A stretch of 64,000 nt of DNA. Origin: Parcubacteria group bacterium Gr01-1014_13. GTDB taxonomy: Bacteria; Patescibacteriota; Patescibacteriia; Magasanikbacterales; GWA2-37-8. Within the stretch, counting starts at the first letter, position 1. Each line of letters begins with the position of its first letter. The stretch lies in NCBI GenBank assembly GCA_007376295.1, contig VMGB01000001.1, forward strand, positions 285,969 through 349,968, read 5' to 3'. The translations under genes and the position numbers were made by a program. The notes below the pieces were generated by a model. It ran no database searches. It was not told where the DNA came from and saw only the letters and a program-made list of their open reading frames with translations. Positions 50,530 through 59,139 of this stretch are shown here, in pieces.

Positions 50530-51444
50530 TTAAGAACCATTGTTAGTTAATTTCAAAAAGATATGTTCCAGAGATGCGGCTTCAGAACGGATTGATTTTA
50601 AATTATGATTATAATGACTGGTAAGCTTGGCCATATCCGTGGCCAAATTCGTAGTGATGGGATATTCATACTCCACACCTACCTCAACAACTCCGGCTAG
50701 TGGAGCTACTGAGCGATCGAATAATTCAAAATGGATGCTGTTTTTAGAAAATTCTTGCTGAATACCTTTTAATTTTCCGCTTTTGATAACATGGCCATGG
50801 TCTATAAGTGTAATAGAATCACAAAGCTGTTCAGCTTCTTCCAAGTAATGCGTAGTAAAAACAATGGTTGTGCCTTCGTCGTTTAGACGACGAACTAAAC
50901 TCCAAATTTTTTGACGCAAACTTACATCCACCCCGGCGCTTGGTTCGTCTAAAATCAAAAGTTTAGGTTTGTGTAAAATTGCTTTAGCGATCATCAGCCG
51001 GCGTTTCATACCTCCGGAAAGACTACGGGCCTTTTCATGGATTTTGTCGGCCAAGCCTAAATCTTCGAGCACAGCTTTTATACGCTCTTTACGTTCATGT
51101 CTAGGCACGCCATACATTCCGCAGAAATAATATAAAACTTCTTCTACAGTAAAAGCCATTTCCATCACAATTTCTTGAGGAACTACACCGATAAGCTGTT
51201 TGGTTTTGTTGGCGTCTTTTTTCACATCCAAACCAAAGACTTCGATATTACCATCATTTGCCAACAAAATGCCGCTAATCATGTTTATGAGAGTCGACTT
51301 CCCTGCCCCGTTAGGACCCAGTAGACCAAAAATTTTTCCCGGTTCAATATCCAAAGAAACACCATCTACGGCTTTAAATTCCTGACCTTTGGAATTCTTA
51401 AAAATTTTAGTAACGTTATTTACGCGAAGTGGTAACATATTCAT
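50530..51444 (-). CDS. ABC transporter ATP-binding protein (YadG-like)
   Basis: GPNGAGKST, LSGGMKRR, LDEP and TTHYLEEAE motifs. Confidence 0.95.
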   Translation of the reverse strand: MNMLPLRVNNVTKIFKNSKGQEFKAVDGVSLDIEPGKIFGLLGPNGAGKSTLINMISGILLANDGNIEVFGLDVKKDANKTKQLIGVVPQEIVMEMAFTVEEVLYYFCGMYGVPRHERKERIKAVLEDLGLADKIHEKARSLSGGMKRRLMIAKAILHKPKLLILDEPSAGVDVSLRQKIWSLVRRLNDEGTTIVFTTHYLEEAEQLCDSITLIDHGHVIKSGKLKGIQQEFSKNSIHFELFDRSVAPLAGVVEVGVEYEYPITTNLATDMAKLTSHYNHNLKSIRSEAASLEHIFLKLTNNGS

Positions 51445-51823
51445 AAAACAACCGATAGTTAGTGGTAAGAACAAGCCAATAAAAACCGTGCCTCAAATCT
51501 ATAAGTCCATAAAAATTAAATGGGTTGGCGCTGTAATCCCAAAAACGATAGTCTAATAGTGCCAGGGAAAGAATACCGCTTGCAAGTTCTAACGCTATAC
51601 ACATGGCTACTCCCCCAATTACGCTCCACAGAAACGATATGTTAGCAGAACTAAAGAATAAATACAATATCACCGCCCCTATGCCAAAGATAATAGAAAA
51701 AAATGGCACCAGTGTCCCGGGAGCATAATACCCGACAAGCCAAGAACGATAGGTTGTATCTATCAACCAACCAAACATCCCTCCAATGGCGAAAATAATC
51801 GGATATAAAAATTTTCGTTGCAT
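51416..51823 (-). CDS. Putative ABC transporter permease-like (CmpB-type) membrane protein
   Basis: GWLID, PFFSIIFG and RFWDYS...NFYGLI motifs. Confidence 0.75.
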   Translation of the reverse strand: MQRKFLYPIIFAIGGMFGWLIDTTYRSWLVGYYAPGTLVPFFSIIFGIGAVILYLFFSSANISFLWSVIGGVAMCIALELASGILSLALLDYRFWDYSANPFNFYGLIDLRHGFYWLVLTTNYRLFYEYVTTSRK

Positions 51824-51824
51824 G

Positions 51825-52376
51825 TTATGATTTTATCCCCGCTATGACTAATTTTGCGCGTGGATCCTTTACGCTGTTGCGTAGCTCTTTCCAAGGATAC
51901 AATGGCCAGGCAGTAATTGTGCGGGCACAATAATCTGGCTTGAATTTCGACCATGGCTGCTGATAGAGTACGGCATATTTCACTTGCCGCGGATGTTTTG
52001 TTTTTAAATACTTACTTACTAAATTTAAAGTCTCTCCAGATACGGTCATTTCATCTACCACTAAAATTTTTAAACCCTTCAGACTGCGTTTGATACGCTG
52101 AGAAAGAACCGGCTGGCTGCGCAAATCTTGGGCGCTATCATTGGATTGGGTTTTAGAAAAATCCGCTTTTATTACGTACAACTGCTTGTTGCCCAAGCAA
52201 TATGAAATCATGGCTGCCGGAATTAGACCGGAACGCGCCAAAGAAATAATTACATCGGGTTTAAAATTATTCTTGGCCATGGCTTGGACAATATGAAGCG
52301 TATCGCGCTCCACATCTTCCCAGGTGATTTTTATTTCACCTTTATTTTTCTTATAAAATTTATGGGCAACGGACAT
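51825..52376 (-). CDS. Type I phosphoribosyltransferase
   Basis: ARSGLIPA, ILVVDEMTVSGETL PRPP-binding motif, YPW. Confidence 0.9.
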   Translation of the reverse strand: MSVAHKFYKKNKGEIKITWEDVERDTLHIVQAMAKNNFKPDVIISLARSGLIPAAMISYCLGNKQLYVIKADFSKTQSNDSAQDLRSQPVLSQRIKRSLKGLKILVVDEMTVSGETLNLVSKYLKTKHPRQVKYAVLYQQPWSKFKPDYCARTITAWPLYPWKELRNSVKDPRAKLVIAGIKS

Positions 52377-52377
52377 A

Positions 52378-53130
52378 TCATTTTTTAGGATTTTCTGCGG
52401 CTAACTGTTTAACCTTTTGTAAAATAAAACTAGGCAGCTCTTCTGGATTAGCCAAACCAATTTTTTCAGCAAGTTCTTTTTGTATTTCTTCGGTACTACT
52501 CACCCATTTGTCCAAAAAATCGCTTTCATCGGCTAACTTTGGATAACGTTTTAACACACCATCGCGTTTAATCTTTACATCAACCAAATTCGTACCTTCG
52601 GTTATGTTATCTATATAGAACATCATTTTCTGCAACAAACTTACATTTTCTTTTTCCAGAATATCAATATCTGCTATAGAACCGATAATATCAATAATTT
52701 CCGGTTTAATTCCGTTTTTTCGCAGGGTTTCCTTGCTTACCGATTTAAATTTTTCTGAAGCTTCGGAAACTTTTCCTGATTGCCCCCTTATCGTTTCTAT
52801 TTCAAGTCTTTTATCAAAATCATGTAAGATAGCGGCTTGAATTAAAGTTTTTTTATCTTCTTCAGACAAACCCAATAAATCCGATAACGCATCGGCTGCG
52901 CCGGCTTCAGCCAAGCAGTGCCTGATAACATTGGACCAATCTTCTTGGCCGCTAGATCCTATATTTTTTACTATCTGTTCCGGAGATAAATTCTTTAGGC
53001 TTGGCAAATGTCCGCTTTCACCATGTAATTTAATTAAATTTAAATGACGCAAAGCGAGATTGGCAAAATACCGGCGAAGCTCTGTGTCGTTGGCATATTC
53101 CTCAGAATAATTTGGCTGGTTTTCTTTCAT
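52378..53130 (-). CDS. HD domain protein
   Basis: RHCL...AAILHDFDK...YID motifs. Confidence 0.8.
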   Translation of the reverse strand: MKENQPNYSEEYANDTELRRYFANLALRHLNLIKLHGESGHLPSLKNLSPEQIVKNIGSSGQEDWSNVIRHCLAEAGAADALSDLLGLSEEDKKTLIQAAILHDFDKRLEIETIRGQSGKVSEASEKFKSVSKETLRKNGIKPEIIDIIGSIADIDILEKENVSLLQKMMFYIDNITEGTNLVDVKIKRDGVLKRYPKLADESDFLDKWVSSTEEIQKELAEKIGLANPEELPSFILQKVKQLAAENPKK

Positions 53131-53209
53131 AAAAAATTTAAAATCTATCTCCTTAGACTATCAAAAAACAAGGTTTTTTACAACCTTGTTTTTTTGGGTA
53201 ATATATAAA

Positions 53210-53626
53210 TTATAACCAAGCGCCGATTATAGCGCCGGCAGCGAGCAAGGTAACTAGCATGTTCATACTTGTCAACCAAAACATTGTTTTGTTTCCACCC
53301 CAAGCGACATCGCCAATTTTTATTGGTAAAACAAAGCCAAGCCACATAATCAATCCGGCCATCGCGCCTTTATCCCAGCCAAATTGCTCAAAACCGACAA
53401 TTATCCCGGCCAATACATAAAACATCAGCAAACTGGCCAAAAATTGCCCCACATAGCTCATCCACATCGTTTTCTTCATCCCTGCTTGCTGTTCTGGAGT
53501 CAATTTGTCCATGCCGCTGACAGCCATAAACTTTTTACCAAACAAAGGACCGTACCAAATACTGCCGATAACCATAGAAGCGACTGCGGCAGCTAATACT
53601 GCCAAATAGTTGATGTTTGCCCACAT
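53210..53626 (-). CDS. DUF1761 membrane protein
   Basis: INYLAVLAAAVASMVIGSIWYGPLFGK motif. Confidence 0.9.
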   Translation of the reverse strand: MWANINYLAVLAAAVASMVIGSIWYGPLFGKKFMAVSGMDKLTPEQQAGMKKTMWMSYVGQFLASLLMFYVLAGIIVGFEQFGWDKGAMAGLIMWLGFVLPIKIGDVAWGGNKTMFWLTSMNMLVTLLAAGAIIGAWL

Positions 53627-53668
53627 ATATTATATAAATTAATAGTTAAACACTTAAACTATTATAGC

Positions 53669-53698
53669 AAAAAACAAGATTGATTACAATCTTGTTTT
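53669..53698. terminator. Intrinsic terminator
   Basis: AAAACAAGATTG-atta-CAATCTTGTTTT with a U-tract on the minus strand. Confidence 0.7.
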
Positions 53699-53757
53699 CG
53701 GTCTGTGCAGGCTTGGTGGGACGCGCTTGGAGTTTATTTGGCTATTCCAACCTAAAT

Positions 53758-54468
53758 TTAAGAAGCTATTTTTATAACCGGTCTCCAGATACCGTTTAAC
53801 CGCTCAATACCCCAAAAATAATCTTTATTTGTTGTAGAATTTCCTTCGATAATCATTGCTACTATTTCTGCCTTTACCTCAACATTTTTAACACCGAGTT
53901 TAAAATTTTTAATCCCAAACCCTGCATAGCCAAGTCTTAACTCTTTGTCTAAGCAGTGTACCTGTTTTCCCGAACTTGAATTTCTTCCAACATAAACTGT
54001 ATTAGTTGCCACATCACCAAAAACCATAACGCCGTCTGGAATAACTGCACCGGCCTCATAAATAGCGTCCCATTGTTCCAATTTAAAACCCTTTGATTTT
54101 AAACCATTAACAATTTGACCAGAAAAATTTGATGTTTCATCAGATACGCTAGAGGTCAACCCGTTAGAGTTGACTACCGCAACAACTTCGTAGTTTTTGT
54201 TTATTTTTTTTGAACACTTTACGATTTCGTCTAGTAAAGTGTTATCTACTTGTCTTTCTTGATTACCAATATAAGTATTATTTTCTACTTTATTCCCTGC
54301 CACATTATCACCAGACCCATAGCTATTCTGTTCGCTAACCTTGTTACCGCTGAAATTTAAAATTTTATTTCCAACAAAAAACCACCCAATAATTGCTAAA
54401 ATTATCGTAACAATTATTGATAATAAACCAATTTTTTTATTTGTGAGCCACTTATTAAAATCTGACAT
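53758..54468 (-). CDS. Hypothetical membrane-anchored protein
   Basis: N-terminal TM followed by QNSYGSGDNVAGNK; no recognised domain. Confidence 0.65.
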   Translation of the reverse strand: MSDFNKWLTNKKIGLLSIIVTIILAIIGWFFVGNKILNFSGNKVSEQNSYGSGDNVAGNKVENNTYIGNQERQVDNTLLDEIVKCSKKINKNYEVVAVVNSNGLTSSVSDETSNFSGQIVNGLKSKGFKLEQWDAIYEAGAVIPDGVMVFGDVATNTVYVGRNSSSGKQVHCLDKELRLGYAGFGIKNFKLGVKNVEVKAEIVAMIIEGNSTTNKDYFWGIERLNGIWRPVIKIAS

Positions 54469-54596
54469 AATTTGCATCGGGGATACGAAAAATTACGAGG
54501 GGAATTTACGGGATAGGACGGGCGGAAGGAGGGGTTGAGGGAGGAATTCCGCCCGCCCACTGGCGCACTTTTTACGATTTCAAGTTTTTTTCATGA

Positions 54597-56141
54597 TCAA
54601 GCCTTTGATGGTACTGGTCTGGGAGAAATATCAATGTTGTAATATAGCAATTTTTGAAATTGTTTATTCTTTTTTTTAATTTTTTCTTCTGCCTCAAAAA
54701 TTTCACCCTTTATTTCATCAATACGTAAAGAGTCATTTCTCTCCTTTGCTTTTCCGGATTTATAATGTTGAGATGTTAAATAAACTGCATAACTTGCTTT
54801 TTCTCCTATCGCATAAATTGGCAATTGTCTAGAAATACCGTGTAAATAAGCTGGAATTTTCGGCTCTTCTCCGGTCAGTGCGTCATTACATAAATTTTTA
54901 AGTTCAATTACGATTCTACAAGATCCTTTGATTAATCGAAAATCGATATACCCTCGCCCAGTCTTTACTTCTGTGTCAAAAGTCGTGTCGGGGTAATGTT
55001 GGAAAAAGGAATACGCCATACCATGAAGAAGTCGCCCTACAACAACTTCTTTGCAGTGACCAGAATTAGCTGTGCGTTTTTTTTTCCACATTCGATTCCA
55101 CCCACCTTTATACTCCATGTAGTGATTAAAACTTTCCAAAAAATTAAACAGCAAATCTTTTAAATCGGAACAGCTGTTAACTTCCTTTTTTTCTGTATTT
55201 TTAAAATAATTTTTGAAATTTTTAACAGCAAGAAACTGAAGAAGATCCATTACAAAATTGTACTCACCAGGGTCCTGTCTTTCAACCAACTCAAGATACC
55301 GTCTAATCAAACTATTTTCATCTTCCATTGCAGCATAAATTTCTTTCATCTCTATTTCATCCAAACTTTTGGTAACTATGTTTACAAAACGTTCTTTTAA
55401 AATCACGTCGTCTTTAAGGATTCCAACAATTTTACTCTTCGCGCTATCAGCGCTCGTAATAGTTTGAGCTCGCAAAAATCTTTTAGGTACTAAAATAATA
55501 GCTTCTCCGTTAAATGGGTTTCTTGGTAATTCCTCGTAGACACCTCCTGTCCATTGGAACTCTTTAAAATCAAATTGCTCTCTTACCGGTAATTCAACTC
55601 TAGGAACTCCTAATTTATCGCACTGTTCTTTTGTATATTTAATTAGGTAATCCATCAATAGGCCTGCGGAAAGATCGCTTATACCATCTGGTCCGAGCTG
55701 ATCACCAATAATGGAAAATATGGCTGGGTTAATTTGATTATCTGGGTAATTTTTTTCATCAGCGAGCTGTTTCACTAGCGTACGTTCTAAATAAAATTTA
55801 GTTATAGCGTCCGCAAACCGCTCACCTAGCCCAGCTCCTTTATTTGAACCTTCTGTATAACCAAGATAAATTTCTTTTGGCTCTTTGAACTTAAAAAATC
55901 TTTTTAATTTTATATATTCATCCGGAGTGCCTTTTGTGGTTAGAGATAGTTCATAAGCTCTTTTAAAAAAAATATTAAACCTATTAAAAAGATCTCTCTC
56001 TTCTTTTTTCCTACTCCTTTTAATTAGGAACGGGTCAATAAAAAGCGCTGAATCATACTTCAAATTTGTATCAAAAAAATCCAGGTCTTCTTCTTTGGCC
56101 CTTATACCAAATACTTGTGTAAAATGGATTGATGATGACAT
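54597..56141 (-). CDS. Putative PD-(D/E)XK nuclease
   Basis: N-terminal DSALFIDPFLI; C-terminal EVKTGRGYIDF...VIELK...QLPIY restriction-like motif. Confidence 0.65.
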   Translation of the reverse strand: MSSSIHFTQVFGIRAKEEDLDFFDTNLKYDSALFIDPFLIKRSRKKEERDLFNRFNIFFKRAYELSLTTKGTPDEYIKLKRFFKFKEPKEIYLGYTEGSNKGAGLGERFADAITKFYLERTLVKQLADEKNYPDNQINPAIFSIIGDQLGPDGISDLSAGLLMDYLIKYTKEQCDKLGVPRVELPVREQFDFKEFQWTGGVYEELPRNPFNGEAIILVPKRFLRAQTITSADSAKSKIVGILKDDVILKERFVNIVTKSLDEIEMKEIYAAMEDENSLIRRYLELVERQDPGEYNFVMDLLQFLAVKNFKNYFKNTEKKEVNSCSDLKDLLFNFLESFNHYMEYKGGWNRMWKKKRTANSGHCKEVVVGRLLHGMAYSFFQHYPDTTFDTEVKTGRGYIDFRLIKGSCRIVIELKNLCNDALTGEEPKIPAYLHGISRQLPIYAIGEKASYAVYLTSQHYKSGKAKERNDSLRIDEIKGEIFEAEEKIKKKNKQFQKLLYYNIDISPRPVPSKA

Positions 56142-56178
56142 TTTATAGATTATTCAAAAGGGGTTGGAACCGAACTAA

Positions 56179-56541
56179 CTATTTGAATTTTTTAAAGTAG
56201 TCAGGATTTGCCATGGCTACCATTAAGACATTGTCAAAACTATATCGACCATACCCAAAGGTCTCTTCCTCAAAATTTTCTCCTTCTTCCAACTTTATAT
56301 ATTTAATATAATCAAGTATTGAATTAATTAATTTACCTCGAAATTCAATTTGAGCCTTGAACCCTTCTAAACCAAGTTCGTCTGAGTTTGTACGATTAAA
56401 TTGTTTCATGTGAGAAGCCATCTGATCGGCCTTAACATACACTTGCAACCACAAATGTTTTATTACAGTTTCCCAACGAAAGGTACGTTCTACCCATTTA
56501 ATTATAAAAATCGCCAAAATTATTATTACTAGATACCACAT
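56179..56541 (-). CDS. Hypothetical protein with N-terminal TM
   Basis: 120-aa ORF with TATAAT just upstream. Confidence 0.6.
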   Translation of the reverse strand: MWYLVIIILAIFIIKWVERTFRWETVIKHLWLQVYVKADQMASHMKQFNRTNSDELGLEGFKAQIEFRGKLINSILDYIKYIKLEEGENFEEETFGYGRYSFDNVLMVAMANPDYFKKFK

Positions 56542-56585
56542 ATTAATTGTAAATTATACCCGATTTTGGGGGATTTACGACAGTG

Positions 56586-56657
56586 CAGGCCCGCTCGGAT
56601 TCGAACCGAGAACCGCGGTTTTGGAGACCGCTGTTTTACCATTGAAACTACGGGCCT
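56586..56657 (-). tRNA. tRNA-Trp(CCA)
   Basis: AGGCCCG/CGGGCCT acceptor, GCGGT-ctCCAaa-ACCGC anticodon arm, TTCGAAT T-loop. Confidence 0.96.
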
Positions 56658-56705
56658 AAGAATAAACCCCGCCCGGAAAACTTTTCGGCGCGGGGCTTAT
56701 TTGTT

Positions 56706-56861
56706 TTACTTTGTTTCTTTGTGTTCGGTGTGCTTCTTGCAAAACTTACAAAATTTTTCCAGTTCCAATCGGTTCTTTAGAACCTTTTTGTTCTTGCTGG
56801 TAAAATAATTTGTGCGTTTGCATTCTTTGCACTCCATCTTCACCATGTTGTCTTGTGACAT
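56706..56861 (-). CDS. rpmG: 50S ribosomal protein L33 (Zn-binding form; not in ORF track)
   Basis: Hand-translated [51 protein letters not shown]. Confidence 0.96.
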   Translation of the reverse strand: MSQDNMVKMECKECKRTNYFTSKNKKVLKNRLELEKFCKFCKKHTEHKETK

Positions 56862-56911
56862 ATGTTTATTTAATTTTAAATTCTTCGCGACACAATATAG
56901 TATGCCGTTTG

Positions 56912-57171
56912 AGCCGTTGTCGGGATTTGAACCCGAGACCTTTTCCTTCGCTTACACCTCTAGTTTAAATTAGAGGACTAGACTGTATCTTGAGCATGCC
57001 CTTTCGAGTTTAGCTCCCCTTGTCAGTCGTTCGGGCGTATTCACGCCACGGTCTTGACCAATATTATGGCTTTTAACCGTAATTCGGGTGACATTGCAAG
57101 ATTTCCCTTGCAATGGGCAGGAGTCACTGCGACCCACCATGGAAATGCTCTACCAACTGAGCTACAACGGC
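56912..57171 (-). tRNA. tRNA-Thr(GGT), split by an intron (exons 57171-57136 and 56948-56912)
   Basis: Joined exons give a 73-nt cloverleaf: GCCGTTG/CAACGGC acceptor, TTTCC-atGGT|aa-GGAAA anticodon arm, TTCAAAT T-loop. Confidence 0.92.
56949..57135 (-). ncRNA. Group I intron (187 nt) in tRNA-Thr(GGU) at position 36/37
   Basis: Follows U, ends in G; P (AAUUACGGUUAAAAGC), Q (GUCAAGACCGUGG), R (GAACGACUGA) and S (AAGAUACAGUCU) elements; P2, P8 and P9 hairpins. Confidence 0.88.
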
Positions 57172-57194
57172 ATTGTGTTTTTTCTTTTTACCTG

Positions 57195-57468
57195 TGGGCA
57201 GACTAGGATTCGAACCTAGGAAGGCGTAGCCAGCTGATTTCACTAATCCAAAAGTTTCCTTATGGCGTGGACTATATCTTTACCCATATAGGGTACTCTG
57301 GTATCTAGTCTCTACGGCGCTCCCTATCCGCGGCGGATAAGGTTCCCACGGTATTAGCATAGCCCTTGCTTTAGCTTTCACCGTTATCCCAGAGAGTTCA
57401 TCCCAAGGTTACCCTTGAGAGCTGCATTTTCTACAGTCAGCCCCGTTTGACCGCTTCGGTATCTGCCC
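57195..57468 (-). tRNA. tRNA-Tyr(GTA), split by an intron (exons 57468-57433 and 57240-57195)
   Basis: Joined exons give an 82-nt class II cloverleaf: GGGCAGA/TCTGCCC-A acceptor, GCTGA-ctGT|Aaa-TCAGC anticodon arm, long variable arm. Confidence 0.93.
57241..57432 (-). ncRNA. Group I intron (192 nt) in tRNA-Tyr(GUA) at position 35/36
   Basis: P1 CUGU/GCAG with U.G at the splice site, terminal G, P3 CUCUGG/CCAGAG, R GUAGAGACUAG, S AAAGAUAUAGUCC, P9 with GAAA loop. Confidence 0.92.
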
Positions 57469-57474
57469 ATCTTA

Positions 57475-58083
57475 CTACAAAGTGTTTACCAAACTATGGC
57501 AAAGTGATAAAATTTTCTCTAAAAGTTTTTTATCGCTATAGCGCACATGAATAACACCGTAAGGCATTGATCTTTTGCCTCTGTTGAAAATTGAACGCAC
57601 ATATGGTTTCGTAAACTGATTTCGTTCAACATTCAACTGAAGCGACCAATATTTAATCAAAGCATTCTGATCCTGATCTGAAAAACAATATAGATATAAT
57701 CGCAATCGTTTCTCGTCTATACGACAAATTGTTCTTAAAAACTTTAAAAACAATTTAGCTACTCGAGTATCTGAATTTGCAAAATCAACCGTAACGGATG
57801 TCTTTGCTCCTTCGCCATAATATAGCATAATTGCCGCGATCAAAAGCTCACGTTCTTTCACTGAGAGATTTTCTTTAAAGCGAAAAGATAAAGGTTTTCT
57901 CTCAAAAAGAATTCTGTTTTGTTCCCACATACTCTTGCGTGGTATTTGGTGACGGCGAAGAGAACCGTATATCTGTTTTAAAGATAATTTTAACTTGATG
58001 GAGATTTCTCTCCCTGTCATACCTTGATTGTACAAGTCTTTCACCAAGAATTCCTGTTTATTGGTAATTGTTTTTTTAGGCAT
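57475..58083 (-). CDS. Free-standing HTH plus single-motif LAGLIDADG-like endonuclease/maturase
   Basis: N-terminal HTH (GMTGREISIKLKLSLKQIY), IAAIMLYYGEGAK motif followed by VDFANSD, YWS and YGV; start moved to ATG 58083. Confidence 0.7.
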   Translation of the reverse strand: MPKKTITNKQEFLVKDLYNQGMTGREISIKLKLSLKQIYGSLRRHQIPRKSMWEQNRILFERKPLSFRFKENLSVKERELLIAAIMLYYGEGAKTSVTVDFANSDTRVAKLFLKFLRTICRIDEKRLRLYLYCFSDQDQNALIKYWSLQLNVERNQFTKPYVRSIFNRGKRSMPYGVIHVRYSDKKLLEKILSLCHSLVNTL

Positions 58084-58142
58084 AAACAAATGGCGTATAG
58101 CCAATTGTAGTATACCATATAATTTGTAAACGAACAAAATGC

Positions 58143-58218
58143 TGGAGCCGTCTCGGGGGCTCGAACCCCGGACCCACAGTTTACAAAACTGTTGCTCTAC
58201 CAGCTGAGCTAAGACGGC
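58143..58218 (-). tRNA. tRNA-Thr(TGT), CCA encoded
   Basis: GCCGTCT/AGACGGC acceptor, ACAGT-ttTGTaa-ACTGT anticodon arm. Confidence 0.97.
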
Positions 58219-58223
58219 GCTTA

Positions 58224-59129
58224 CTACACTCCCATTTTATCAATTCTATCCTTAAAACTGTTTAATTTTTGTTGTTCTGGATTAACCAATCGCAGATCGT
58301 TATATCCTTTAAGTGCCAAGTCTTTATTGCCGCATATTATAGCAATTTCTATCAATAAGTCAAGGTACTTTGGATTTTGCGATTCTAGCTCCACAGCTTG
58401 TAGTATAGACTCTACGGCTACCTCTGGTTGACCCACCCTTACTAACAGCTCGGCCAGGTGATAAAAGCGCGGTGAAAATGAATCATTGATTAAAACTGCC
58501 TGTTGGAAATACTGTATCGCCTCTTCCAAATCACCCTGCTCTTCGGCTATTTTAGCCAACTTTACTAAAACACCATCGTCATCCGGCTGCATCTTCGTCA
58601 AAAACTTATATGTTTGTCTGGCTTCTTCTATAGAATCTTTGGCTAGATAAGTATCACCTAAGCCGCGGTAAGCCGCAGCTGATTTTGGATCAACTTTTAT
58701 AGCTGAGATAAATATCTCTTCTGCCTCATCAAAATTCCCCGCTTTTAACTGTTGCTCTCCGCTAGAAATTAACTGTCCTAATTTTTGTTCGTGCTCTTCT
58801 TTATTAACTACCTTATTTTTTTGTTTAATTTTTAGAACCTGTTCGTGATGAAGCAGTCTTTCTATCTTGCCAACATAGATTCTAAACTGTAATTGCGAGA
58901 TTCTCCAAAGCTTACCAACCGGGCCTAACATTTTTCCAACTTTGGTTTTTAACAAACTACCACTTTTTTCTATACGTTTATTTATAATCTCTCTTTTCTT
59001 TTGATAAATTTTTTCTTCAGGCAAGTTATGTAAATCCAAATTGGCCAAATGCGGAAATTTACGTAAAACTAAAAACAAAATAACTGCCAAGGCGATTATA
59101 ATTATTCCTAAAAAAAGTAAATTAAGCAT
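58224..59129 (-). CDS. Membrane-anchored TPR protein
   Basis: N-terminal TM; TPR motifs (AYRGLGDTY, EEAIQYFQQA, NPKYLDLL). Confidence 0.88.
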   Translation of the reverse strand: MLNLLFLGIIIIALAVILFLVLRKFPHLANLDLHNLPEEKIYQKKREIINKRIEKSGSLLKTKVGKMLGPVGKLWRISQLQFRIYVGKIERLLHHEQVLKIKQKNKVVNKEEHEQKLGQLISSGEQQLKAGNFDEAEEIFISAIKVDPKSAAAYRGLGDTYLAKDSIEEARQTYKFLTKMQPDDDGVLVKLAKIAEEQGDLEEAIQYFQQAVLINDSFSPRFYHLAELLVRVGQPEVAVESILQAVELESQNPKYLDLLIEIAIICGNKDLALKGYNDLRLVNPEQQKLNSFKDRIDKMGV

Positions 59130-59139
59130 AAAAACAAAT

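Larger units (their letters stand above)
53705..56590. mobile_element. Candidate island remnant inserted at the 3' end of tRNA-Trp
   Basis: GTGCAGGC at the tRNA-Trp 3' end (56583-56590) recurs at 53705-53712 next to a terminator; three AT-rich non-core genes lie between. Confidence 0.5.

Noticed and set aside
56912-57171. Alternative reading of the split tRNA as Arg(GCG) using the GCG before exon 2
   Set aside because: It needs a 5' splice site after G or an intron not ending in G. The GGU|AA junction satisfies the U and terminal-G rules, and the body closely resembles the neighbouring tRNA-Thr(UGU).
56949-57432. Inserts as archaeal-type BHB introns, tmRNA or integrated-element scars
   Set aside because: No bulge-helix-bulge or duplicated att sequence is visible, whereas group I P/Q/R/S elements are present in both.
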